A stretch of 64,000 nt of DNA from an uncultured Planctomycetota bacterium. GTDB taxonomy: Bacteria > Planctomycetota > Planctomycetia > Isosphaerales > Isosphaeraceae. Shown here piece by piece: positions 18,649 to 30,190 of the stretch (positions are counted from its first letter, which is position 1; each line of letters opens with the position of its first letter). Made by a program: the position numbers and the translations under genes. The DNA lies in the NCBI GenBank assembly GCA_963737655.1, contig CAVTTN010000002.1, positions 5,779,188-5,843,187 on the forward strand. Direction: 5' to 3'. The notes beneath the pieces are model-generated. The model was not told the DNA's origin, did not search any database, and saw only the letters and a list, made by a program, of their open reading frames with translations.

Positions 18649-20064
18649 ATGACGAGCCCGGACTCCTTTCCCCCCGCGCCCTCCCCGCTGGACCGGGCCC
18701 GGGCCAAGGCCTACCGGAGGCTGCTGCCCATCTTGTTCGCCTGCTACGTGATCGCGTATGTCGATCGCAACAACCTCTCGATCGCGATCGAGACGATGCG
18801 GCAGGACATGCCGGCCTTTGACAACGACGTCCTCGGCACCGGCGCCGGCGTCTTCTTCCTCGGCTACTTCCTCCTGGAGATCCCCGGCAGCATCCTGGTG
18901 GAGAAGTGGTCGGCGAGGAAGTGGATCAGCCGGATCATGGTCTCGTGGGGGATCGTCGCGGCCCTGACGGCCCTGGTCAAGACCCCGGGGCAGTTCTACG
19001 CGCTGAGGTTCATCCTCGGGCTGGCCGAGGCGGGGTTCTTCCCCGGGGTGATCGTCTACCTGACCCACTGGTTCCCCAACCGGGACCGGACCCGGGCCCT
19101 GGCCTGGTTCCTGATCGGCACGCCGGTGGCCCAGGCGATCAGCCCGCTGATCTCCTATCCCCTGCTGTCGATCGGCACGGTCGTCAAGCCCGACGGGACG
19201 ATGGTCAGCAACCCGCTGGCGCCCGGCCTCCACGGCTGGCAGTGGGTGTACATCGCCTGGGGGATCCCGGCGGTGGTCCTGGGCCTGGTCGTCCTGGGGG
19301 CCCTGACCGACCGGCCGAAGGACGCCCGATGGCTCGACCCCGAGGAGCGCGACGCCCTGGAATCGGAGCTGGAGCGCGAGAGGGCCGAGAAGGCCGGGGG
19401 CAATCGGCACATGAGCCTGGGCCAGGCGCTGAAGAACCCCAAGGTCCTGATCCTGGCCGCCGCGTACTTCTTCATCGTCACGGGCAATTACGGCGTCGAG
19501 TTCTTCCTGCCGACGATCCTGGGCAAGTGGTTCACGCTCACCAACACGCAGAAGATGGGGCTGCTGGTCCTGCCGGCGGCCGGGTCGCTCGTCGGCCAGC
19601 TCTTCATCGGCTGGAACTCCGACCGGACCAAGGAGAGGAAGGCCCACGCCGCGATCCCGATCTACCTCGGCGCCGCGGCCCTGGCGCTGACGGTCGTGGC
19701 CCGCCACCCCCTGCCCCTGATGATCGTCCTGTTCACCGTGGCGGCCTCGGGCCTGAAGGCGTACCTGCCGGCATTCTGGTCCCTGCCCAGCCTGTTCCTG
19801 ACCTCCACGGCCGCCGCCGGGAGCATCGGCCTGATCAACTCCGTGGGCAATCTCGGCGGGTTCGTCGGCCCCAAGGCGATGGGCTATCTCAACAAGTGGA
19901 TGGAACAGAAGATGAAGGACGGCACCCTGCCCACGGACTTCAACGCCTACATGCCCGGCATCCTCGTCCTCTGCGCCTCCATGACCATCGCCGCCACGAT
20001 CATCCTCCTCCTGCCCATCGCCCGACGCCCCTCGGAAAAGCCTTCGCCCCTCGACGCCCCGTAG
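18649..20064 (+). CDS. MFS transporter (anion:cation symporter-like)
   Basis: YVIAYVDRNNLSIA, GLAEAGFFPGVIVYLTHWFP, about 12 hydrophobic segments. Confidence 0.9.
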   Translation: MTSPDSFPPAPSPLDRARAKAYRRLLPILFACYVIAYVDRNNLSIAIETMRQDMPAFDNDVLGTGAGVFFLGYFLLEIPGSILVEKWSARKWISRIMVSWGIVAALTALVKTPGQFYALRFILGLAEAGFFPGVIVYLTHWFPNRDRTRALAWFLIGTPVAQAISPLISYPLLSIGTVVKPDGTMVSNPLAPGLHGWQWVYIAWGIPAVVLGLVVLGALTDRPKDARWLDPEERDALESELERERAEKAGGNRHMSLGQALKNPKVLILAAAYFFIVTGNYGVEFFLPTILGKWFTLTNTQKMGLLVLPAAGSLVGQLFIGWNSDRTKERKAHAAIPIYLGAAALALTVVARHPLPLMIVLFTVAASGLKAYLPAFWSLPSLFLTSTAAAGSIGLINSVGNLGGFVGPKAMGYLNKWMEQKMKDGTLPTDFNAYMPGILVLCASMTIAATIILLLPIARRPSEKPSPLDAP

Positions 20065-20085
20065 GATGCATGAAAGGCACCAACC
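20061..20085. repeat. degenerate family A REP copy
   Basis: GTAGGATGCATGAAAGGCACCAACC. Its TAG (20062-20064) is the MFS stop codon. Confidence 0.75.
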
Positions 20086-20156
20086 ACCGACACGCGGCGG
20101 TCGCCAGGCCGCCTCCCTCCTCCTCGGGTCGGCTCCGTGAGGCACGGGACCGGGGA

Positions 20157-21633
20157 TCATGCCCCCGACAGGACGCGATAGAGCACGAACGCCCGGTCCC
20201 ACCGGGTCGTCGGCCCCCTGGCCACCACCTCCACCCGACCCATTCGCTCCAGTTCCGGCAAGTCTCGCTCCCGGGCGATCACCGCGAAGGCCCCCGAGGG
20301 CCGATGGGCCCGCAGGTCGTCCGGCGACGATCGCCAGAGGGCCGGGCGGTTCAGGGAATACAGCCGGATCGGCAGGTCGTGGGGCATCGGGCCGAACGGC
20401 GAGGGGTACGGCAGGCGGTCCCAGTCGTCCTGGAGCAAGACCAGGGGCTCGCCCGGCCGGACCAGCCGCCCGGCCCTCTCGTAGAACGCCCACTCCGCCC
20501 CCCGGCGATCGAGCCGAGGGGCCAGGACGGCGAAACCCGCCGCGAAGGCCACTCCCACACCCAGGGTCGCGACGATCACCCGCCCTCGGAACCGCCCGAT
20601 CGAGGTCCCCCGGCGCTCCCGGAGCCTCTCCAGCCCCAGGGCCGCCCAGATCGACCACGGCGGCAGGGCATGGACGAGGTAATGCGCGTTCTTGACCGTC
20701 GCCAGCGAGACCAGGACCGCCGGCACCACCGCCCACGCCCAGAGCAGCCGGTCCGGCCCGCATCGTTCCCGGACGGCCCTCCTCAGCGAGATCCGGCCGC
20801 CGACGAGGGCCAGGGGGGTCCAGGGGAGCGTCTGCCAGAACGGCGAGGCGAGGTAGTCCGCCCAGGTTTCGCCCGCGAACTGGGTCGGGCGGCTGGCCAG
20901 GCGGTCGGTCACGTGGACCAGCCACAGGCCCATCGCCTCCGGGTGCCGGGCCAGGACCAGCAACGGCCACGCCAGGGCGATCAGGGCCGCCGAGGCGATC
21001 CCGACCGGCGTTTTCAGCGCCCGGAACGTCGGGCCGTCGCGATCCCAGATCAGGACGGCCAGGGTCGCCGCCGCGATCAGGGCCGCGCCGAAGCCGATCC
21101 CCTTGACCAGGGCCGTCCCCCCGATCAGGGCGAAGAACGCCCCCCGCCAGGCGATCGACCCGCCTCGGACCCGGTCCAGGGCCGCCATCGCCCCGACGAT
21201 CAAAGCCGCCAGGAGGATATCGGCCTCGGCCAGACGCCCGCGGAAGGCCGTCCACACGGTCGAGCCCCTGGATCAAACCGGCCCAGAGGCCCACGTCGGG
21301 CCCGAACCTCCGGCCGGCGATCGAGGCCACGCCGAGGGCCAGGGCGATCGCCGCCAGGGCGGAAGGTAGCCTCGCCGAGACCTCGGAAATCCCGCCGGAG
21401 AGTCGTCCCGAGGCGGCGATCAGCCAGGTCCCCAGCGGCGGCTTCTCCAGCCACGGGCGGCCGTCGAGCCGGGGGACCAGCCCGTCCCCCGAATCGAGCG
21501 TCTCCCGGGCCGATTGGGCCCAGATCGCCTCGTGATACGACAGCCGGGACGCCCCCAGGCCCGTCAGGACGGTCAGCGCCGACAGGCCGACCACAAGCAG
21601 GATCGCCCGGCGGGAGATTCCGAGATCGAGCAT
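20157..21633 (-). CDS. GT39/ArnT-like glycosyltransferase (frame broken at 21265-21268 as assembled)
   Basis: The N-terminus MLDLGISRRAILLVVGLSALT...YHEAIWAQSARE...KPPLGTWLIA (in the frame of ORF 17965..21657) continues as GSTVWTAFRGRLAEADILLAAL... (ORF 20157..21257) if one C of CCCC is removed. The protein is polytopic. Confidence 0.8.
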
Positions 21634-21659
21634 GGTCGGGCCGTCCCTGGGGCACACCC

Positions 21660-21718
21660 GTCGGGCCGGCCTCGGCCTGCCGTCTTCGCGGGTCCCGGCA
21701 GGCCGAGGCCTGCCCGAC
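21660..21718. repeat. REPIN-like inverted doublet, family B
   Basis: GTCGGGCCGGCCTCGGCCTGCCG - 13 nt - CGGCAGGCCGAGGCCTGCCCGAC, a close relative of 38416-38474. Confidence 0.9.
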
Positions 21719-21849
21719 GAGACCCGTCGTGCGCCATCCGTTCGTGAACCGCTCGAAGCGAGAGGCGGGCATCCTACCGAAGCCCCCGCCGCGGGTCATC
21801 CCGAGTTCCGGGGCGAGAATCGAGCGTAAAGAACGTAAAACTTGTGACT

Positions 21850-22413
21850 TTACGCTCGATCCGTTTCTATCCGCGAGAGGAAGGGCGGAGGGACCGCGTC
21901 CACCAGCCACACGCCGTTGCCCGATCGGTAGAACGTCCAGCCCTGGGCCTGCATGGCCGGTGCGTCCACGACCAGGACGGCCGGCCTCCCGTGGCGGGCC
22001 CCGACCCTCCGGGCCGTCTCGGGGTCGGGCGAGAGGTGGACGTGGTGCCGGCGCATCTTCCGGAGCCCGTCGCGGAGGATCGCCGGCACCGTCGCCTCGC
22101 CCGTCCCGTGGTACAGGACGCCCGGGGGCCCGGCCTCCTCCAAGCCCAGGTCCACCTCGACGCTGTGCCCCTGCTGGGCCCGGATGCGGAGGCCGGTTTC
22201 GTCGAAGGCGAAGCGCTTCTTGTCGTTGCGCGCGACGACCTCCTCCAGCCCGGCGCGGTCCAGGCGGATCCCGCGGGCGTTCAGGGCCTCCAGGAGGTCG
22301 GCCACCTCGACCCACCCGCCGGGGGCCAGCGTCAGGCCGATCTTCTCGGGCCGATGGCGGAGGTGCATGCTCAGGGCCTTGCTGATCTTGACCAGTCGTT
22401 CGTCGTTCATCAT
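21850..22413 (-). CDS. kptA: RNA 2'-phosphotransferase (Tpt1/KptA family)
   Basis: LVKISKALSMHLRHRPEKIGLTLAPGGWV, FAFDETGLRIRAQQGHSV, LYHGT, RRHHVHLS. Confidence 0.9.
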   Translation of the reverse strand: MMNDERLVKISKALSMHLRHRPEKIGLTLAPGGWVEVADLLEALNARGIRLDRAGLEEVVARNDKKRFAFDETGLRIRAQQGHSVEVDLGLEEAGPPGVLYHGTGEATVPAILRDGLRKMRRHHVHLSPDPETARRVGARHGRPAVLVVDAPAMQAQGWTFYRSGNGVWLVDAVPPPFLSRIETDRA

Positions 22414-22466
22414 GACCGGGCATTCGCGACGGTCGGGCCGATTATTCCGAGCGATTCCCTCAACGT

Positions 22467-22621
22467 CCGCCGGGGGAAAACCCGTCGATAACCCGTCGCG
22501 CCCGGGTGCAGGGCGCGACGACCGCCGACCGGGCGATCCTCCCGGCCCCGGGACCGGGCGCCCCGGCGTCGGCGCATGCCGGGCGGCGCGACGGGGTTAT
22601 CGACGGGTTTTCCCCCGGCGG
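22467..22621. repeat. 35/36-bp inverted repeat (family G) in the kptA-dnaN divergent intergenic region
   Basis: CCGCCGGGGGAAAACCCGTCGATAACCCGTCGCGCC (22467-22502) pairs with GGCGCGACGGGGTTATCGACGGGTTTTCCCCCGGCGG (22585-22621) with one 1-nt indel. The spacer is ~82 nt and GC-rich. Confidence 0.9.
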
Positions 22622-22902
22622 GGAACTCGGATTGCGTGCGAGTAAGTCGTTTGCTATCCTGGCTTTGTTCGAGAGCCTCCCGCGCCATCGACGGCGCCGG
22701 GCCGGCCCTCCGGAGATGACGATGAGGGCGCCTCTCCCTTTCCAGGAGGGAATCCGGGGGACGGGCGGGCGCCCTCGACTCGAAGGGACTGGACTCCACG
22801 GAGCGAACCGGGCGAGGCCCGGGTCTCTCGTCCCGTCGGCCCGGGTCGGCCGATCGACGGGGCATCCAAGCCGAGGCATGGCAAGGCGGGGGAATCGCCA
22901 GA

Positions 22903-24021
22903 ATGAAGGCCCTGTGCAACCGCGAGGGATTGCTCGCCGGGTTCGGGATGGTCGCCGGGGTCGTCCCGGCCCGGAGCCCCAAGCCGATCTTGCAGAACGT
23001 CAAGCTCGTGGCCGATGCCGACGAGGGCTCGATCCTGATGGCCACCGACATGGAGGTCGGCATCCGCTACCGGGTCCTCGGCGTGAAGGTCGATCGCCCC
23101 GGCTCGGTGATCCTGCCCACGCAAAAAGTCCAGTCGATCTTGCGGACCAGCACCGACGAGGAGCTGGCCGTCGAGGCCGATGACGACAAGCTGATCGTCC
23201 GCGGCCTCCACGCCCAGTTCAAGCTGCCGAGCGAGGACCCCGCGCTGTTCCCCGAAGTCCCGGACTTCGCCGCGGCGAGCTACCACGTCGTGGCGGCGGC
23301 CGACCTGAAGCGGCTGATCCGCCGGACCATGTTCGCCACCGACGTCGAGAGCACCCGCTACGCCCTGGGCGGCGTCCTCGTCGAGCTCACGGGCGAGTCG
23401 ATCACGATGGTCGGCACCGACGGCCGCCGCCTGGCCCGGATGAGCGCCCCGGCCGAGGCCGAGAACGGCGCCGCCCCGCCCTCGGGCAACCCCGTGGTGC
23501 CGGTCAAGGCCCTGAAGCTGATCGAGAGGAACCTCGACGACGACGACCCGCCGGTCCACCTGGCCATCCAGTCCGGCACGGCGGTCCTGGTCCGGACCGA
23601 GAGGGCCGTGATCTACAGCCGGCTGGTCGAGGGCCGGTTCCCCCGCTATCAGGACGTGTTCCCGGCCTCGGTGGAGGTCAAGGTGCCGTTGGAGGTCGGG
23701 TCGTTGCTCTCGGCCGTGGAGCAGGCCTCGATCGTCACGAGCGAGGAGAGCCGGGGGGTCGATTTCCGGTTCGGCGACGGGATGCTGAAGCTCACCAGCC
23801 AGGCCGCCGACGTCGGCTCCTCGGACGTGGACCTGCCGATCAAGTACGACGGCCCCCCGGTGGAGATCACCTTCGACCCGAGGTACCTGACCGACGCCCT
23901 GAAGACCCTCGAACCGACCGCCGCGCTCACGGCCGAGCTGATCGACCACAAGAACGCCGCCGTGTTCCGGTCGGAGGACGGATACTCCTACGTGGTGATG
24001 CCCCTGACCCGGGAGCGGTGA
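22903..24021 (+). CDS. dnaN: DNA polymerase III beta sliding clamp
   Basis: REGLLAGFGMVAGVVPARSPKPILQNVKL, ATDMEVGIRY, FPRYQDVFP, three-domain length (372 aa). Confidence 0.95.
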   Translation: MKALCNREGLLAGFGMVAGVVPARSPKPILQNVKLVADADEGSILMATDMEVGIRYRVLGVKVDRPGSVILPTQKVQSILRTSTDEELAVEADDDKLIVRGLHAQFKLPSEDPALFPEVPDFAAASYHVVAAADLKRLIRRTMFATDVESTRYALGGVLVELTGESITMVGTDGRRLARMSAPAEAENGAAPPSGNPVVPVKALKLIERNLDDDDPPVHLAIQSGTAVLVRTERAVIYSRLVEGRFPRYQDVFPASVEVKVPLEVGSLLSAVEQASIVTSEESRGVDFRFGDGMLKLTSQAADVGSSDVDLPIKYDGPPVEITFDPRYLTDALKTLEPTAALTAELIDHKNAAVFRSEDGYSYVVMPLTRER

Positions 24022-24090
24022 TCCGAGGAGACGTCCCGGCGGCCTCCCCGCAGTCGGCAGGCGCCGAGTCCTCCCTGATCCGAGGCCGAG

Positions 24091-24368
24091 ATGAACTTCC
24101 TCCATTACGAGATGGACGCCGGACCCGACGATCCTATTGAAGTGTCGATCGACCATCCGGCGAACGTCCAGTTGATGGACCCGCCGAACTTCCGGAACTA
24201 CAAGAACCGAAAGGAATTCCGATACTTCGGAGGGCACGCCGAAGCCTCGCCGGTCCGGCTCCCGCCCCCTCGCCAGGGGCACTGGCACCTGGCCATCGAC
24301 CTGGGCGGGGGCCCGGGTCGATCCGGGCCACGGTGGCGGTGGTCCACGATCCCGAGCCGGGGGAGTGA
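24091..24368 (+). CDS. DUF1883-like protein (frame broken at 24315-24317 as assembled)
   Basis: MNFLHYEMDAGPDDPIEVSIDHPANVQLMDPPNFRNYKNRKEFRYFGGHA...GHWHLAIDLGG. With one extra G the frame ends IRATVAVVHDPEPGE, stop 24366-24368. Confidence 0.65.
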
Positions 24369-24387
24369 CCGTGGTATCGCGGGTCGG

Positions 24388-24690
24388 ATGGCCCGATTCT
24401 TCGTCCGATGCGTCGCGTACGGCCTCCCGTTCGCCGTGCCCGTAGTTGCGGTCCTGGGCCGGGGTCGGAGTCCCTTGGCGGCCGACCTTCTCCTGGTTGG
24501 GTACGCGTCCCTGGGGCTGGTCCAGCTGTTTTGTCGGCCTACTGCGCTTGAGTACCGAGTCCTCATGATGTTGGCGGTCTTCTGGCTGGTGGTCACGGTC
24601 CGGCCGGTTCTCTTTCTGGACCGAGCATCCTCGACACGCGCCGGATGGGGCAGCCTGACTCCGCTTCGCGGGGAGCCATTTGGAACCTGA
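24388..24690 (+). CDS. possible small membrane protein
   Basis: ATG 24388, 100 aa, three hydrophobic segments (FFVRCVAYGLPFAVPVVAVL, LLLVGYASLGLVQLF, VLMMLAVFWLVVTVRPVLFL). It is the tail of listed ORF 24091..24690. Confidence 0.4.
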   Translation: MARFFVRCVAYGLPFAVPVVAVLGRGRSPLAADLLLVGYASLGLVQLFCRPTALEYRVLMMLAVFWLVVTVRPVLFLDRASSTRAGWGSLTPLRGEPFGT

Positions 24691-24739
24691 GCCTCCGTGG
24701 TGGGGTCCCCGGGCCTGGAATTCTGACGGAGTAGGGATC

Positions 24740-25000
24740 ATGAGCCTGCCAACCATCGAGCTGTCCCCCGATCTGGATGCCCGGCTCGAAGCCTTCGCCG
24801 CGAGCCGGGGCGCGAGGAAGGAAGACATCGTCCGCGCGGCCCTGGAGCGGTATCTGGGCGCCAACCCGACGCCGGACTCCGGCCCGGTCCCGCCCGGGGG
24901 TTCGGTGCTCGACCTGGTCCGCGACCTCGTCGGCAAGCACGAGGGGCCGGGGGACCTCTCGTATAACCCGAAATATCTGGAAGGATTCGGTGAGGAGTGA
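24740..25000 (+). CDS. ribbon-helix-helix antitoxin (VapB-like)
   Basis: MSLPTIELSPDLDARLEAFAASRGARKEDIVRAALERYL. Its stop overlaps the toxin start (GTGA). Confidence 0.75.
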   Translation: MSLPTIELSPDLDARLEAFAASRGARKEDIVRAALERYLGANPTPDSGPVPPGGSVLDLVRDLVGKHEGPGDLSYNPKYLEGFGEE

Positions 25001-25407
25001 ACCTGCCGACGATCCTGGACGCCGGCCCCCTCGTCGACCGGCGCGATCGCTACCACGCCTGGGCGACCGCCCGATTCGAGGAGTGCGGCCGGGCCCTCCT
25101 GTGCTGCGAGGCGGTCGTCGTGGAAGCGTGCTTCCTCCTTCGAAGGGTCCACGGCGGCGCCCGCTCCGCCCTGGAATTGGTGGAGCGAGGGGCCGTGTCG
25201 GTCCCATTCCACCTGGAAGACGAGGCCGCCGCCGTGGCCGCCCTGATGGACCGATCCTCCAACGTCCCGATGTCCCTGGCCGACGCCTGCCTCGTGAGGA
25301 TGGCCAAGGTCACCCCGGGTGGGCGCATCTTGACCCTCGATAGCGACTTCCGGATCTACCGGATGGATGGCCGAACTCCTCTGCCCGCGATCTTGCCCGA
25401 TGCCTGA
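24997..25407 (+). CDS. PIN-domain toxin (VapC-like)
   Basis: ILDAGPLVDRRDRYH..., CEAVVVEACFLL, LTLDSDFRIY. GTG start at 24997. Confidence 0.8.
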   Translation: MNLPTILDAGPLVDRRDRYHAWATARFEECGRALLCCEAVVVEACFLLRRVHGGARSALELVERGAVSVPFHLEDEAAAVAALMDRSSNVPMSLADACLVRMAKVTPGGRILTLDSDFRIYRMDGRTPLPAILPDA

Positions 25408-25471
25408 TCCGGTTGTCTCGGACCCCCGTGGCGCGTAAAATGAATAGACGTTCACATTGCGAGCGAAGGAC

Positions 25472-25837
25472 ATGACGCCCGCCGACGGCAAGGGCCCCAG
25501 GCCCCTGGGGGACATCCTGGGCTCGATGTTCGCGACCCGGGGGCTGGGCCGGCTCCGGGCGGCCGGCGAGCTGGAGGAGGCGTGGGCCTCGGCCGCCGGA
25601 GACGCCGCGGCGGCCCAGACGAAGGTCGGGGCGGTCCGTCACGGCGTGTTGACCGTGACCGTGGCCCACCCGGCCCTCCTGGAGGAGCTCTCGGCGTTCC
25701 GCAAGGCCGACCTGCTCGCCAGCCTCCGCCGCGACGCCCCGGCCTCGGCGATCCAGGACATCCGTTTCCGCGTCGGGCCGATCGATCCCCCGCCATCCGC
25801 CGAGCCCCCCGCCCGACGACCCCGCCGCAAGGCGTGA
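25472..25837 (+). CDS. dciA: DUF721/DciA-family protein
   Basis: PLGDILGSMFATRGLGR..LEEAWASAAGD..A..TKVGAVRHGVLTVTVAHPALLEELSAFRKADLLASL..IQDIRFRVG, in the typical position just upstream of gyrB. ATG 25472 after GAAGGA. Confidence 0.75.
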   Translation: MTPADGKGPRPLGDILGSMFATRGLGRLRAAGELEEAWASAAGDAAAAQTKVGAVRHGVLTVTVAHPALLEELSAFRKADLLASLRRDAPASAIQDIRFRVGPIDPPPSAEPPARRPRRKA

Positions 25838-25925
25838 GACGGCCCCGCCCGCGATCCTTCCCGAAGACCTGAGAACGAGACGAGCGATCCGATTCGATCC
25901 GATCCGAAGCGAAGGGACCCCCGAA

Positions 25926-28446
<2,521 letters not shown>

Positions 28447-28573
28447 GAATGAGTGAGGGCCGCACGCCCGGGCCCATTCCCCCGTGGGGCGGGCATCCCA
28501 CGGGGTTCGGAGGCCGATCGCCCGAAGTCCCCTCCCACGCGTCATCCTCGCCATCCGACCGGGAGATCTTCCG

Positions 28574-28912
28574 ATGGAGACCTCGGCCCGAGACCGCCAG
28601 ATCCTCCGCGACATCCTGAACGACTTCGCGGCGATCCCTTATACCTACGGGGACTTCTGGAAAGAAGTGGTGTTCGACGACGAGAACGACCGCTACCTCC
28701 TGATGTCGCTGGGGAGGGACGTCGATGGGCGGTGGGTCCACCACTGCGTCTTCCACGTCGACCTGATCCGAGGCAAGTTCTGGATCCAGCACGACGCCAC
28801 CGACCGCCCGATCGCCTCGGAGTTGGAGGCCGCGGGGGTGCCCAGGGACCGGATCGTCCTGGGCTTCCGCGAGCCGGAATACCGGGAGTTCACCGGCTAC
28901 GCGGTGGCTTGA
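28574..28912 (+). CDS. xisI: XisI-family protein
   Basis: ILNDFAAIPYTYGD...VVFDDENDRYLLMSLGRDVDGRWVHHCVFHVDLIRGKFWIQHDATDRPIASELEAAGVPRDRIVLGF. ATG at 28574. No xisH partner was seen. Confidence 0.8.
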   Translation: METSARDRQILRDILNDFAAIPYTYGDFWKEVVFDDENDRYLLMSLGRDVDGRWVHHCVFHVDLIRGKFWIQHDATDRPIASELEAAGVPRDRIVLGFREPEYREFTGYAVA

Positions 28913-28992
28913 ACCGAGGATCTTGCGAGGCCCCGGCGATGACCAGGCTCTCCCCCGTCGACGACCGCCCCCGGGCCGAGGAGTCGGCCCCG

Positions 28993-30187
28993 ATGCTCAA
29001 GCGGGTGCGCATCCGCAATTACAAGAGCATCGCCCATTGCGACGTCGAGCTCGGGCCGTTCACCCTGATCGTGGGCCGCAACGGGGCGGGCAAGAGCAAT
29101 TTCCTGGATGCGCTGCGGCTGGTCTCGGAGGGGCTGAACGGATCGCCGACCTGGGCTTCGGAGGCGGATTATCCTTGGGGCGGGATCGCGGATCCCGGGT
29201 GCCTCCTGGAACCCGTAGAGGCCGAGCCTCTGGTCGGCCCTTCCTGGCGGGGATGAGGCGATATACAGAGTGAAGTTAGGAATCCGACCGATCGCGGGAG
29301 TGACGGTGCTTGAGGAGAGCCTGGAGGTCCGCGACCGAGACGGAGGCCGGGCCCATTACGCGTGCGCCGGGGGGCACGTGGTCGAGTCCTCGCAGCCCTT
29401 CTTGCCGCCCGCGGTCCCCGATCGTCTCTACCTGGCTCGGGCCTCGGCCGTCCAAGAATTCCGCCCGGCCTACGATGCGTTTTCGTCGATGGGGTTCTAT
29501 GATCTCGATCCCGAGGTCATGCGCAAGTCGCGGGGCGAAGCGGGCGGATTGATGCTGGCGAGTGACGGGGCGAATGTCGCATCAATCCTGGATTATTTGG
29601 ACCGCGTGTCGCCTCACGGCCGCGAGGGCCTCCGGCCCTGGTTCTCGACGATCATCCCGGAATTTCGAGACGTTCGATTCCAGCAGTACGGGCCGTACAC
29701 GACTCTGGTCTTCGATCGCTCCGAATCCTCCGAAGGTCGGGCGAACGCCTTCTATGCTCACGGAGTGTCCGACGGCACGCTCCGGGCGCTCGGGATTTTG
29801 GTGGCCGTTAACCAGTTGGCAGGAGACGGCTCACCGATTAGACTAGTCGGCATCGAGGAGCCCGAGACCGCCCTGCACCCGGCGGCGGCCGGGGCCTTGA
29901 TGGACGCCCTCCGCGAGGCGTCGTCCCGCACGCAGGTTCTGGTCACGACGCATAGCGCGGACCTGCTCGACCGCTACGATCCCGAGACCGACGGCCTCCT
30001 GCTCGCCACCATGAGCGGCGGGGTGACCCGCCTGAGCGGGATCAGCCCCGCGAGTCGGCGGATCATCCAGAGGCACCTCGACACGGCGGGCGGACTGCTC
30101 CGCATGGATCATCTTGAGCCGGACCCCGCCGACCTCGATCGGCAGGAGCGAGAGCCACCGGGCCCCGGCCCGACGGGAGAAGCGTGA
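28993..30187 (+). CDS. ABC/AAA_15-21-type ATPase of an OLD/PARIS-like two-gene module (frame broken between 29219 and 29253 as assembled)
   Basis: MLKRVRIRNYKSIAHCDVELGPFTLIVGRNGAGKSNFLDALR (Walker A). After the break: IYRVKLGIRP..., SDGTLRALGILVAV, IRLVGIEEPETALHP (Walker B) and VLVTTHSADLL (H-loop). Confidence 0.8.
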
Positions 30188-30190
30188 GCG

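Noticed and set aside
28453-28992. N-terminal extension of the ATPase ORF (listed ORF 28453..29256 starts 180 codons upstream).
   Set aside because: The upstream part is Arg/Pro-rich and overlaps the well-supported XisI gene in another frame. The ABC-ATPase fold starts at MLKRVRIRNYKSI (ATG 28993).
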